Shown here: piece after piece, positions 1 to 9,287 of the stretch | Numbering within the stretch: position 1 is the stretch's first letter | Layout of the letters: each line of letters opens with the position of its first letter | Source: Zetaproteobacteria bacterium | GTDB lineage: Bacteria > Pseudomonadota > Zetaproteobacteria > Mariprofundales > Mariprofundaceae | Length of the DNA: 64,000 nt | NCBI GenBank assembly: GCA_021545585.1 | Contig: JAJRTF010000109.1 | Span: forward strand, 2,524 to 66,523 | Direction: 5' to 3' | Position numbers and translations under genes: made by a program | The notes under the pieces: generated by a model | Seen by the model: only the letters and a program-made list of their open reading frames with translations | Told to the model about the DNA's origin: nothing | The model's database searches: none

Positions 1-262
1 TCGCGAGGTGGTTCAGGCAATGGCTGTCGGTGGTATGGCAAAGCCCGCTCCATGCCATTCGGTATGTGTCGCGGTGAGCGGCATAGCAGGTCCGGGCGGT
101 GGCACGTCTGACAAGCCTGTTGGAACCGTATGGCTGGCGGTGGCTATGTCGGAAACGGATATTGTCAGTCGCTGCTATCGCTTTTCAGGTGACCGGGCAG
201 ATATTCAGGCTGCCGCCATTGAGCAGGCCATCATGCTGCTGCTTGAAACCCTGTCTGAATAA
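1..262 (+). CDS. 3' end of a CinA/PncC-family (nicotinamide-nucleotide amidase domain) gene, truncated by the window edge
   Basis: The frame is open from the window start to the stop at 260-262. The peptide [25 protein letters not shown]...FSGDRADIQ matches the conserved CinA C-terminal motif as I remember it. Confidence 0.6.
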   Translation, partial: REVVQAMAVGGMAKPAPCHSVCVAVSGIAGPGGGTSDKPVGTVWLAVAMSETDIVSRCYRFSGDRADIQAAAIEQAIMLLLETLSE

Positions 263-270
263 CTGACCGG

Positions 271-1098
271 TTAAATATGGCTGGACAAGCCGGCGATGGA
301 GTTCAGCTGCATGTCCGGTAAAAAGTCATTGTTTTGCATGATGCTTTCAGCGAATTCCCGACGATATTTGCCGCTGTGTACCAGGCAGGTTTTCAGGCCT
401 GCATGATGGGCGCCGAGGGTGTCGGATTCGATATCGTCGCCGATCATCAGCGCTTGTTCGGGTTCAACATTCAGTGCGCTACAGACGCCATGGAAGAAAT
501 CAATGGACGGTTTACCAAGGATGGCGGCCTGCCTGCCGCTGGCGTATTCGATGGCGGCAACAAAGCTGCCCAGGTCCAGATGCAGGCCATCCGGTTTCTG
601 CCAGAAGCGGTTTTTGTGTAGTGCCAGCAATTCAGCCCCGTCCATCAGATGCAGGAATATCTCCCGCAGTATCTCCGGCGGATACCCCTCGCCGCCGATA
701 TCGCCCATCACAATGGCCTCGGGATGTTCGTTGTCCTCATGTACATCGGAAAAATCCTCCAGCAGTGCATCGCGGATGAACAGCCGGGCAGAGCGTTTGC
801 CGAGTCGTTGCACGGCCAGAGCCGCGGGCGTGAACAGAGCGCCTTGCGGAAGTTCAATTCCCAGGCCATTGAGCTTGTCAGCAATCATACGGCGCGACTG
901 GGTGGTGGTATTGGTCAGCCCGGCCAGCGGCATTCTCCGAGCCCGCAGCTGTTTTATCGCCGTGTCGGCACCCTCAATCATCTGGTCGCCGACATACAGT
1001 ACGCCGTCGAGATCGAGTAGTACGGCACGGATACCCAGCTCATCCAACATACGGTTATTATAGCTGTTTTCAGTGGCAATGGGGTATGTAGGGTGCAA
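271..1098 (-). CDS. HAD-superfamily hydrolase (subfamily IIA / NagD-like)
   Basis: 275-aa ORF with the DxDG nucleophile motif (LLDLDGVLYVG), TN(T) motif II (GLTNTTT) and the C-terminal GDD motif (MIGDDIESD). The start could be the internal Met at 1050. Confidence 0.7.
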   Translation of the reverse strand: MHPTYPIATENSYNNRMLDELGIRAVLLDLDGVLYVGDQMIEGADTAIKQLRARRMPLAGLTNTTTQSRRMIADKLNGLGIELPQGALFTPAALAVQRLGKRSARLFIRDALLEDFSDVHEDNEHPEAIVMGDIGGEGYPPEILREIFLHLMDGAELLALHKNRFWQKPDGLHLDLGSFVAAIEYASGRQAAILGKPSIDFFHGVCSALNVEPEQALMIGDDIESDTLGAHHAGLKTCLVHSGKYRREFAESIMQNNDFLPDMQLNSIAGLSSHI

Positions 1099-1210
1099 GG
1101 TTCTGCATGCAGGGGGAAGATGTTACACTCCGGCAAATTTTTTAAACTGTTAGCCTTGGTCGTGACATAAAGCCGCTAGAGCGCAATGGGAACAAACGGG
1201 GAATATACGC

Positions 1211-1792
1211 ATGAACGAACATGAAATGCTGGCCATGTATGAAGATGCAGGAGCATTGCTCAACGGCCATTTTGTACTGTCCAGCGGGCGCCATTCGGCC
1301 CGCTATCTGCAATCGGCACTGGTGCTGATGAATATCGACAATGCCACCGCACTGGCAAAAGAGCTGATTGGCAAGGTGGATGCCCGTGATATTGATATGG
1401 TGGTGTCACCGGCCATCGGTGGGCTGGTCATTGGTCAGGAGGTGGCGAGGCTTCTGCACAAGCCGTTTATCTTTACCGAGCGCAAGGAAGGTGTCATGCA
1501 AATGCGCCGTGGTTTTGCCATTCCCGAGGATGCCAGGCTGCTGGTGGTCGAGGACGTGATTACTACCGGTGGGTCGGTATGTGAATGCATGGATGTTGTA
1601 CGTCGCCATGGCGGCAAGCCGGTGAAGGTGCTGGCCGTTGTCGATCGCGCCCCGGATGCAGAAGGGCGCTTTGATGTGCCGCACGAGACAGCCATCCATC
1701 TGAGTGTTGAAACCCATGCGGCAGACGAATGCCCGCTGTGCCGCGAAGGGGTGCTGCCGGCCATCAAGCCCGGCAGCCGGGGCGCTGTCTGA
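1211..1792 (+). CDS. pyrE: orotate phosphoribosyltransferase-type PRTase
   Basis: 193-aa ORF with a PRPP-binding loop (LLVVEDVITTGGS) and an N-terminal GHFVLSSGRHS motif typical of short PyrE proteins. Confidence 0.7.
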   Translation: MNEHEMLAMYEDAGALLNGHFVLSSGRHSARYLQSALVLMNIDNATALAKELIGKVDARDIDMVVSPAIGGLVIGQEVARLLHKPFIFTERKEGVMQMRRGFAIPEDARLLVVEDVITTGGSVCECMDVVRRHGGKPVKVLAVVDRAPDAEGRFDVPHETAIHLSVETHAADECPLCREGVLPAIKPGSRGAV

Positions 1793-3450
1793 TGGGTGAT
1801 CCTGTGCTGCGCTGTTTCCCTTTCGGGGGAGTCGGCGAATTCGGCAAGAATATGATGGTGTATGCCGTCGATGATGATGCGGTCATTGCCGATTGCGGTA
1901 TGGGGTTTCCCGAGCCCGGTCAACATGGCGTGGATGTGGTCGTGCCGGATATTTCCGCTTTGCACGAACTCGGACTGAATATTCATGCGCTGCTGCTGAC
2001 CCATGGGCATGAAGATCATATCGGTGGTCTGCCGTATTTGCTGCCACAGCTGAATGTGCCGGTGTACGGCACCGATGTGACGCTGGCGCTGGTGCGCGGC
2101 AAGCTCTCTGAAAGCCGCTACAAGGGCGATCTGCGCTCATTGCCCGATAACGGTGACAAGATACAGGTTGGCCCGTTCGAGGTTGAGGGCGTGCCGGTGA
2201 CGCATTCGATCATGGACGCGGTATCGCTGGCTATTCATACGCGTCTGGGCGTGATTGTGCATACCGGAGATTTCAAACTGGATTCAGCTCCGATTGACGG
2301 GCGCACGACGGCCATCCACCGCTTTGCGCAATTGGGTGATCAGGGCGTGGTATTGCTTGCCTCGGATTCGACCAACGCCACAAGATCAGGTTCCGGCCCA
2401 TCCGAGCGTATTGTCGGCCCGGCCCTGAAGCAGGCTATTTCGCAGTGCACGGGCAAGGTGATTGTCACCACCTTTGCTTCCAATATGTTCCGTATCCAGC
2501 AGATTATCGATGCAGCCGTGGCCAATGGTCGGCGTGTTGCGGTGGCCGGACGCAGTCTGGAAAAGAATATCGGTATTACCACGGAGCTTGGCCGTCTGCG
2601 TGTGCCGGCCGGGTGCTTGGTGAATATCAAACAGACTCAGGGTATTGCTGATCACGAACTGCTGATTATTGCTACGGGTTCGCAGGGTGAATCACGCGCC
2701 GCCGTGGCACGTCTGGCACAGGGACATTTTACGGGCATCAAGCTTGGTCATGGCGATACGGTGATTTTCTCATCCAGTAATATCCCCGGCAATGAGCGTG
2801 TTATCGCCGGCCTGTACAACCACATTTACCGTCGCGGTGCGCGTGTCATCCATGCCCGACAGGCGCCGCTGCATGTTTCCGGCCATGCCCAGGCGCATGA
2901 ACTGAAAATGATGATGCAGCTGACGCGACCGAAGTATTTTTACCCGGTGCATGGTGAATATCGCAATCTGATCGAACATCGTGATCTGGCGGTGGCTACC
3001 GGTGTGGACTACGAGCACACCATTATCGCCGAAAATGGCCAGAGCGTGGAAGTGGATAGTCAAGGTATCCGGCCCGGTGCTGATTTTCATGCCGGTGCCG
3101 TGTTTGTCGACGGGGAAAGCCGTGATGAAATTGACGGTATCGTGTTGCGTGATCGGCGTATCCTTGCTGAGGACGGGATGATTTCAGCTACCGTATTGCT
3201 CAGCCAGCATGAGGGAAGGCTGCTCAACAAGCCGGAGCTGGTAGCACGCGGTGTGCTGCATGAATCGGTCAGTGAAGAGGTGCTGGAAACTGCAGCGGAG
3301 GATTTGCAGCGTTATCTGGAAGGCATGGATCAGGAAATGCTTGCCGACACCGAGGCCTTGCGTGAGGAGGTTCGCCTGTCTCTGCGTCGCTGGTGCAAGC
3401 GCCATATCGGACGCCGCCCCATGGTGTTGTCGGTTGTGGTTGCGGTGTAG
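1792..3450 (+). CDS. rnj: ribonuclease J (metallo-beta-lactamase / beta-CASP RNase)
   Basis: Carries the HGHEDHIGG zinc motif; the FGGVGEFGKNMMVY N-terminus and ~550 aa length fit RNase J. I prefer the ATG at 1792, which overlaps the pyrE stop (TGATG), over the track start at 1729. Confidence 0.8.
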   Translation: MGDPVLRCFPFGGVGEFGKNMMVYAVDDDAVIADCGMGFPEPGQHGVDVVVPDISALHELGLNIHALLLTHGHEDHIGGLPYLLPQLNVPVYGTDVTLALVRGKLSESRYKGDLRSLPDNGDKIQVGPFEVEGVPVTHSIMDAVSLAIHTRLGVIVHTGDFKLDSAPIDGRTTAIHRFAQLGDQGVVLLASDSTNATRSGSGPSERIVGPALKQAISQCTGKVIVTTFASNMFRIQQIIDAAVANGRRVAVAGRSLEKNIGITTELGRLRVPAGCLVNIKQTQGIADHELLIIATGSQGESRAAVARLAQGHFTGIKLGHGDTVIFSSSNIPGNERVIAGLYNHIYRRGARVIHARQAPLHVSGHAQAHELKMMMQLTRPKYFYPVHGEYRNLIEHRDLAVATGVDYEHTIIAENGQSVEVDSQGIRPGADFHAGAVFVDGESRDEIDGIVLRDRRILAEDGMISATVLLSQHEGRLLNKPELVARGVLHESVSEEVLETAAEDLQRYLEGMDQEMLADTEALREEVRLSLRRWCKRHIGRRPMVLSVVVAV

Positions 3451-3477
3451 TGAGGGTATCCGGGTGAGGAATAGCGC

Positions 3478-5691
3478 ATGAATGCCAAAGCTCTGGCTCG
3501 TGAATCGCTGGCCCTGCTGCTGGCCGGTGTAGTGGCCGCCTTGGCCTTGGCCCTGTTTAGCTATACGCCTGCCGATCCATCGTTGAATCATCAGACGGAT
3601 GCGATTGTGAATAATCTGGCAGGCATGGTTGGCGCTTATATGGCGGACTTTTTCTATCAGCTGTTCGGCTATGCCGCATGGCTGTGGGTGGCCTTGCTGC
3701 TCTTTCTGGCGGTGCGCATCGCGCGGGGTCGGAAGCCGTACTCCGGGGGCTGGACATCGCTGTTCTGGTTGCCGCTGGTGCTGGCTGTTGCTGCCCTGCT
3801 GCACGCGCATTTGGGCGGCAGCCTTGATATACAGCAACTTGGCCAGAAACCGGCTGCCGGTACTGGCGGGGCATTGGGGACGATTTTTTCCGGGGCGCTG
3901 GTTGAGCCATTTCACAGCCTTGGCCGTGATATCCTGCTGGTGACACTGGCGATCAGTAGTCTGGTGACAGCTTCGCATTTGTCGCTGCTCATGCTGATCA
4001 GGAAGATGATGGCTATGGCGGGGGCCCTGGTGTTGCGTCTGAGCCGGTTGGTGTCGAACCTGCGTGATACTGCATCGACCCGTAAGGAACGCATGGAGGC
4101 CCGGGATGAGCGTCAGAAGACGCGTCAGGCACGGCCTGAGCACATCGCCGAATCCGAGCCGGAAGTGGTCCCGCAGGCTAGGGTGAAAATATCCAGGCGA
4201 GCCAAGCAGGAACAGCAGACCGAACTGGCCCTGAATGAACCGAAATCGTCCTCGCGCTTTAAGCTCCCATCGCTGAACCTGTTCAATAAACCCGAAGGCA
4301 ATCAAAAGCAGCACAGCCCTGAAGCCTTGCAGGCCATGGCACGCATGCTGGAAAAGAAGCTGCTGGATTACCGCGTTGAAGGGCAGGTCGTTGCTGTGCA
4401 GCCGGGCCCGATCGTTACCCAGTTTGAATTTGAGCCGGCACCGGGAACCAAGGTTAGCCGCATTATCGCCCTGCAGGATGATCTGGCGCGGGCTATGGCT
4501 GCTATCAGCGTGCGCGTAGCCGGTAATATTCCCGGCAAGAATGCTATTGGCATTGAGCTGCCCAATGAGACACGCGAAGGGGTTCTGCTGCATCAGGTGC
4601 TGGCCAGCAATGAGTTTTCCGACAAACGCAAGGCCTTGCCTCTGGCATTGGGTGTGGACATCGCCGGACATCCAGTCGTAACCGATCTTGCCAGGATGCC
4701 GCATTTGCTGGTGGCCGGCACGACAGGTTCCGGCAAATCGGTGTCGGTGAATGCCATGATCTGTTCCCTGTTGATGACCCATGGGCCGGATACATTGCGT
4801 ATGATACTGGTGGACCCGAAGATGCTGGAGTTGTCGGTGTATGATGATATCCCGCATCTGCTGGTGCCTGTGGTCACCAATCCGCACAAGGCAGCCAAGG
4901 CACTGGCATGGGCGGTCTATGAAATGGAGCGCCGCTACCAGTTGATGAGTGATGCCAAGGTGCGCAATCTTGACGGATATAACAGGGCTGTCGCCAGGCA
5001 GAAGGATGGTGATGCCGAACAGTTGCCATATCTCGTTATTGTTATTGACGAACTGGCCGACCTGATGATGGTGGCCAGCAAGGAGGTCGAGCAGGCGATC
5101 TGCCGCATTGCTCAGAAGGCGCGTGCAGCCGGCCTGCACCTTATTCTGGCGACCCAGCGTCCGAGTGTGGATGTGATTACCGGCTTGATCAAGGCCAACC
5201 TGCCGAGTCGTATTTCGTTCCAGGTATCCTCCAAGATTGATTCGCGCACCATCCTCGATCAGATGGGTGCCGAGCAGTTGCTGGGATCGGGTGATAGCCT
5301 GTTTCTGAGCGGAGGTCGTGAACTGAAACGGGTGCATGGTGCCTTTGTATCGGATGGCGAGGTGATCGAACTGGTTGAGCATCTGAAAGCGCAGGGTGAG
5401 CCGGACTACCGTGAAGAGGTGTTTGAAACGCCGACGAGCGAGGATGATCCGGGTGCAGGTCCGGGTGGCGATGAGCATGATGAGAAATATGATGAGGCCG
5501 TGGCACTGGTCATTGAGAAGGGCAGCTGCTCAGTATCCATGGTGCAGCGTTATTTGCGCATTGGCTATAATCGGGCCAGCCGAATTGTCGAACAGATGGA
5601 ACGCGAAGGACTGGTGACGCCGCCCGGTTCCGGTGGTACGCGCAAGGTGATGGCCCGCTCCGAAGCCGCCGGTGGCGGGGTTCTGGAGTGA
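3478..5691 (+). CDS. ftsK: DNA translocase FtsK
   Basis: 737 aa. It has N-terminal TM helices, a charged linker, a Walker A motif (GTTGSGKSV), a motor domain (ATQRPSVDVITG) and a C-terminal winged-helix gamma domain (SVSMVQRYLRIGYNRASRIVEQME). Confidence 0.92.
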   Translation: MNAKALARESLALLLAGVVAALALALFSYTPADPSLNHQTDAIVNNLAGMVGAYMADFFYQLFGYAAWLWVALLLFLAVRIARGRKPYSGGWTSLFWLPLVLAVAALLHAHLGGSLDIQQLGQKPAAGTGGALGTIFSGALVEPFHSLGRDILLVTLAISSLVTASHLSLLMLIRKMMAMAGALVLRLSRLVSNLRDTASTRKERMEARDERQKTRQARPEHIAESEPEVVPQARVKISRRAKQEQQTELALNEPKSSSRFKLPSLNLFNKPEGNQKQHSPEALQAMARMLEKKLLDYRVEGQVVAVQPGPIVTQFEFEPAPGTKVSRIIALQDDLARAMAAISVRVAGNIPGKNAIGIELPNETREGVLLHQVLASNEFSDKRKALPLALGVDIAGHPVVTDLARMPHLLVAGTTGSGKSVSVNAMICSLLMTHGPDTLRMILVDPKMLELSVYDDIPHLLVPVVTNPHKAAKALAWAVYEMERRYQLMSDAKVRNLDGYNRAVARQKDGDAEQLPYLVIVIDELADLMMVASKEVEQAICRIAQKARAAGLHLILATQRPSVDVITGLIKANLPSRISFQVSSKIDSRTILDQMGAEQLLGSGDSLFLSGGRELKRVHGAFVSDGEVIELVEHLKAQGEPDYREEVFETPTSEDDPGAGPGGDEHDEKYDEAVALVIEKGSCSVSMVQRYLRIGYNRASRIVEQMEREGLVTPPGSGGTRKVMARSEAAGGGVLE

Positions 5692-6317
5692 CATCGCTTC
5701 GAATCAGCATGGCCTTGCTTCTGACTATCTGGCTGCAGCCGCAGTTTGCCGCTGCAGCTGATGCTTTTTTCCAGAAAAGCATGGCGACATTATCCGGCCT
5801 GTCCGGCTTTCAATGTCGTTTTGAGCAGGTCATGGGCTTTCCCGACGGGGGACAGCAGCAGTATAGCGGTGAACTGGCGGTACGGCGTCCAGGCATGTTT
5901 CGCTGGCAGTATCAGAAACCCTATGAACAGCTCTATGTTGGTGACGGTAAGCTGATCTGGCATTACGAGCCTGACCTGATGCAGGCCGAGAAGCTCGGTG
6001 ATCTTGAATCGGTGGATCCTGTGATTATGCGTTTGCTGGACGGGCGCCTGTCACCCGAGGATATTCGCATCGTCAATACCCGTAAGCATGCTAAAGACGG
6101 GCTGAGGTATTACCAGGTGACACTTGAATCCACTGCACCTGTGTGGATTGCATTTGCTGCCGATGGACATCTGCACTCGATTGAGCGTGATGATGTGCTG
6201 GGTAACCGTAACCGTATGACGCTTGTTGATTGCGCCTATATTGCGCCGAGCAAAAATCTCTTTAGTTTTGCGCCGCCGGCCGATGTGGAAGTGCTGGATA
6301 TGCGTACTCAGCCTTAA
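5688..6317 (+). CDS. lolA: outer-membrane lipoprotein carrier LolA
   Basis: 209 aa with a signal peptide, a LolA-like core (F.Q........SG.L.V.RPG.FRW.Y..P..QL.V.DG..IW.Y.PDL), and the conserved position after ftsK. Confidence 0.8.
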   Translation: MTSLRISMALLLTIWLQPQFAAAADAFFQKSMATLSGLSGFQCRFEQVMGFPDGGQQQYSGELAVRRPGMFRWQYQKPYEQLYVGDGKLIWHYEPDLMQAEKLGDLESVDPVIMRLLDGRLSPEDIRIVNTRKHAKDGLRYYQVTLESTAPVWIAFAADGHLHSIERDDVLGNRNRMTLVDCAYIAPSKNLFSFAPPADVEVLDMRTQP

Positions 6318-6326
6318 TCTAATACT

Positions 6327-7454
6327 ATGGGAAATATAATGACTCGATTCTGGATACTCCTTGCTGCACTGTGTGCCGCCGCCACCTCAGTACAGGCTGC
6401 AGGCTTCTATCAGGCCAATCAGTCGGCCTCAGCCGCAGGTGTTGCCAATGCTTTTGTGGCTACGGCCAATGATGCTTCAGCCGTGATGTATAATCCGGCC
6501 GGTTTCGCCTGGCAGGATGGCATTTCAGTAACGGCCGGCTTCCTGGTTAATTATCGCGATTCCTCGGTCAGGCTGCCTGCCGGCGTGGCGCCAAATGAAG
6601 GGGTTGAGGACCCGGTTGGTCAATTATATCTGGGCTGGATGCCGCATGACGGATCCATGGGCTTTGCTTTCGGTTTTTCACCGCTGTATCAGGTTAATAA
6701 TGCCTGGGGAACCACTTTCGGTGCGGCATCCGGGAATACCAAAATCAGCGTCGATCATGCCAGTTTCGATACAGTGTATGCGCTCAGCAGTACACTGGCC
6801 ATTGCCGGCGGTGCCGACTGGTATATCAATCGTGTTAGTCTTACGCAGGGAACGAATACATTTAATGGTAACGATTTCGCCAGCTTTGGCGGTCATGTGT
6901 CGATGCTGTGGAGACCTGCTCCGGCCTGGTCAGTGGGCGCGATGTTGCGCTCCGGTGCCGATATCAGTGTTTCCGGCAGTGCCAATGATACATTCAAGAT
7001 GAAGTTGCCCGATAGCGTGACCTTGGGCGTGGCACATGATTTTGTCGACGTCTGGCATCTTGAAGGGGATATCAGCTGGACACGCTGGTCGGCACTGAAG
7101 GATATGAACGTCGTTACAGCCGGTGTTGTTACTCAGATCCATCCATTGAATCTGAAAGACACCCTGAAGGTTTCACTGGGCCTGACCTGGACCTGGCGCG
7201 AAAGTACCGAGTTCCGTTTTGGCTATGCCTATGATCAGGGGGCTAACAAGAGTGCCGGTTTCAATCCGGCCATTGCCGATCAAGACGGGCATCAGATCAG
7301 TATAGGCGCCGGTGGTACGCTGTCCGGCATGCATATTGACCTGGCCTACAGTTATACCTTTTACAGCAATAAAACTGCGACAGGCACCTATGCCGGTATC
7401 TACAGGGACAGGCGTCAGGCGCTGCAACTGTCGGTTTCCAAGCGGTTTGAGTAA
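6327..7454 (+). CDS. FadL/TodX-family outer-membrane hydrophobic-compound channel
   Basis: It has a signal peptide ending SVQA. The N-terminal AGVANAFVATANDASAVMYNPAG motif is typical of Toluene_X/FadL. The sequence is rich in beta-strands and ends in an aromatic residue (RFE). Confidence 0.65.
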   Translation: MGNIMTRFWILLAALCAAATSVQAAGFYQANQSASAAGVANAFVATANDASAVMYNPAGFAWQDGISVTAGFLVNYRDSSVRLPAGVAPNEGVEDPVGQLYLGWMPHDGSMGFAFGFSPLYQVNNAWGTTFGAASGNTKISVDHASFDTVYALSSTLAIAGGADWYINRVSLTQGTNTFNGNDFASFGGHVSMLWRPAPAWSVGAMLRSGADISVSGSANDTFKMKLPDSVTLGVAHDFVDVWHLEGDISWTRWSALKDMNVVTAGVVTQIHPLNLKDTLKVSLGLTWTWRESTEFRFGYAYDQGANKSAGFNPAIADQDGHQISIGAGGTLSGMHIDLAYSYTFYSNKTATGTYAGIYRDRRQALQLSVSKRFE

Positions 7455-7466
7455 CAGGAACGGCTT

Positions 7467-8855
7467 GTGACCCGGCAGGTTTCTTTTTTCGAAGAGTCTG
7501 CCTTATCGGAATCAACCGGGTCTGAGGTGGCTGTGCCGCTTGCCTATCGTATTCGCCCCAAAACGCTTGCTGATGTAGCCGGTCAGGCTGATCTGACATA
7601 TCCTGATTCATGGTTTGCACGCATGGTGGATGAGCAGCGTGCCATTTCATGCATTTTCTGGGGTCCTCCCGGAGTAGGCAAGACGACACTGGCGGCCATG
7701 ATGGCTGATGCGGCGGGACTGCCGCTGGCCCAGCTTTCCGCCGTATCAGCAGGCAAGGCCGAGGTGCAGGCCATCGTGAAGCGTGCAAAAGATGAAGGCA
7801 AAACATGGCTGTTATTCCTCGATGAAATCCATCGTTTTAACAAAGCACAGCAGGATGTACTGCTTCCCTATATTGAAGATGGCACCTTGGTGCTGGTGGG
7901 GGCAACCACCGAAAACCCGTCATTTTCGCTGAACAATGCCTTGCTGTCGCGCTGCCGGATCATTGTACTCAAAGCTTTGCAGCCCGATGATATCAAACAC
8001 ATCCTGCAACGTGCCTGTGAGCATCTGAGGCAGGCTCATCAGGCATTTGAAGTGGATGGGGATGCACTCGAATTTCTGGCCTGTGCAGCTGACGGCGATG
8101 CACGTTATGCATTGAATGCACTTGAGTCGCTGTTTGAGGCCGATGCCGAGCGCATCTGGAATCCCGAGGATGTGCAGGCACAGAGCCTGCGCCGCGCGGC
8201 CCGCTATGATCGGGATGGCGATGCACATTACGATCTGATTTCTGCACTGCACAAATGCGTACGCGATTCCGATGCCGATGCGGCTGTGTACTGGTTGGCG
8301 CGTATGCTGGAGGCGGGCGAAGAGCCGCTATATATTATGCGCCGCCTGATTCGTATGGCGACCGAGGATATCGGCCTGGCTGATCCCCGGGCACTGTCTG
8401 TGGCTATGGATGCACACCGCATGTACCAGGTGCTTGGCTCTCCCGAGGGGGAGCAGGGGCTGTTTGAAACGGCAATCTATCTGGCGCTAGCGCCGAAAAG
8501 CAATGCAGCCTATCGTGCCGAGAAAGCAGCCCGTAGCCTTGCCAGGAAGACGCAGGACACGGAGGTGCCGATGCATCTGCGAAATGCGCCGACCAGGCTG
8601 ATGCAGGAGCTTGGACATGGAAAAGGTTATCAGTATGCCCATGATGCGGATGATGCCGTTGTAGCCCAGCAGCATTTCCCCGATGGCGTACAAGGCGATA
8701 GTCTTTATCGACCGAGCGAGCGCGGCTTTGAAAAGACGCTGCAGAAGCGGCTGGCATGGCTTGCGTCCAGACGCTCGGGAATGCCGGATGAATCAGGGAG
8801 TACGGAGATATCCGGGAAGGCTGAAATATCCGGAGTGGGGAGGCATAAGGCATGA
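7467..8855 (+). CDS. rarA: replication-associated recombination protein A (AAA+ ATPase RarA/MgsA)
   Basis: Walker A (GPPGVGKTTLA), Walker B (LFLDEIHRFNK), and the MgsA C-terminal domain (HYDLISALHKCVRDSDADAAVYWLARML). Confidence 0.92.
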   Translation: MTRQVSFFEESALSESTGSEVAVPLAYRIRPKTLADVAGQADLTYPDSWFARMVDEQRAISCIFWGPPGVGKTTLAAMMADAAGLPLAQLSAVSAGKAEVQAIVKRAKDEGKTWLLFLDEIHRFNKAQQDVLLPYIEDGTLVLVGATTENPSFSLNNALLSRCRIIVLKALQPDDIKHILQRACEHLRQAHQAFEVDGDALEFLACAADGDARYALNALESLFEADAERIWNPEDVQAQSLRRAARYDRDGDAHYDLISALHKCVRDSDADAAVYWLARMLEAGEEPLYIMRRLIRMATEDIGLADPRALSVAMDAHRMYQVLGSPEGEQGLFETAIYLALAPKSNAAYRAEKAARSLARKTQDTEVPMHLRNAPTRLMQELGHGKGYQYAHDADDAVVAQQHFPDGVQGDSLYRPSERGFEKTLQKRLAWLASRRSGMPDESGSTEISGKAEISGVGRHKA

Positions 8856-9229
8856 TGCGTCAGTTACTGGCCGTTGCTGCGGGCGGGGCTATGGGTGCGG
8901 TGTTACGCTGGTTGATGGCGTCGAGCATCCAGAAAATGGTCGGCGGGGCCTTTCCATGGGGTACATTTGCCGTTAATGCACTGGGCAGCCTGATGCTCGG
9001 TTTTCTGTTTGTCTGGTTGATTGAACGTTCTACGGCTGGGGAATTGTTGCGTTTGGCCATTACGATCGGTTTTTTAGGCGCATTTACAACCTTTTCGACC
9101 TATTCACTGGAGTCGATTCGCCTGTTGCAGGAAGGTGCATTCGGCATGGCGCTTGGCAATATTCTGGGGCAGGTCGTGGTCTGTCTGACCCTGACTTGGC
9201 TGGGGGTGCAGTTAGCCCGGAGCCTGTAA
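8852..9229 (+). CDS. crcB: fluoride channel CrcB/FluC
   Basis: 125-aa protein with 4 TM helices and the GFLGAFTTFSTY signature. Its start overlaps the rarA stop (ATGA). Confidence 0.85.
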   Translation: MMRQLLAVAAGGAMGAVLRWLMASSIQKMVGGAFPWGTFAVNALGSLMLGFLFVWLIERSTAGELLRLAITIGFLGAFTTFSTYSLESIRLLQEGAFGMALGNILGQVVVCLTLTWLGVQLARSL

Positions 9230-9287
9230 CAGCTTGAATCATGGCCCGCATCAATATGCGGGCCATGATTGTTACCGTTCATTCAGG

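Noticed and set aside
1729-1791. Upstream in-frame extensions given by the ORF track for several genes. They include RNase J at 1729, sdhD at 17828, sdhA at 18393, nnr at 15875, rpe at 22019 and cusB at 40987. Further cases are czcA at 57874, czcD at 61040, the OMP at 52811 and the small ORF at 54909.
   Set aside because: The extensions overlap the preceding gene, encode Arg/Cys/Pro-rich non-conserved sequence, and lack Shine-Dalgarno motifs. Internal ATGs coincide with the conserved protein N-termini, signal peptides and SD sequences.
3184-5478. There are very long stop-free antisense ORFs opposite real genes. They include 764 aa opposite ftsK, 443 aa at 18651-19982 opposite sdhA and 379 aa at 25852-26991. 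Further examples are 373 aa at 30784-31905 opposite recJ, 498 aa at 50139-51635 opposite copA and 287 aa at 59800-60663 opposite czcA.
   Set aside because: - Their codons are exactly in phase with the sense codons (e.g. 5476 - 3478 is divisible by 3). Antisense stops would therefore require sense TTA, CTA or TCA codons, which this genome evidently avoids.
- The translations are low-complexity and rich in H, Q and R, with no recognisable motifs.
- The sense strands carry unmistakable conserved proteins.
- I treat them as shadow ORFs, not overlapping genes.
8780-8860. A fluoride riboswitch (crcB motif) was expected upstream of crcB.
   Set aside because: The crcB start overlaps the rarA stop (ATGA at 8852-8855), so there is no leader that could hold a riboswitch. 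crcB appears to be co-translated with rarA.
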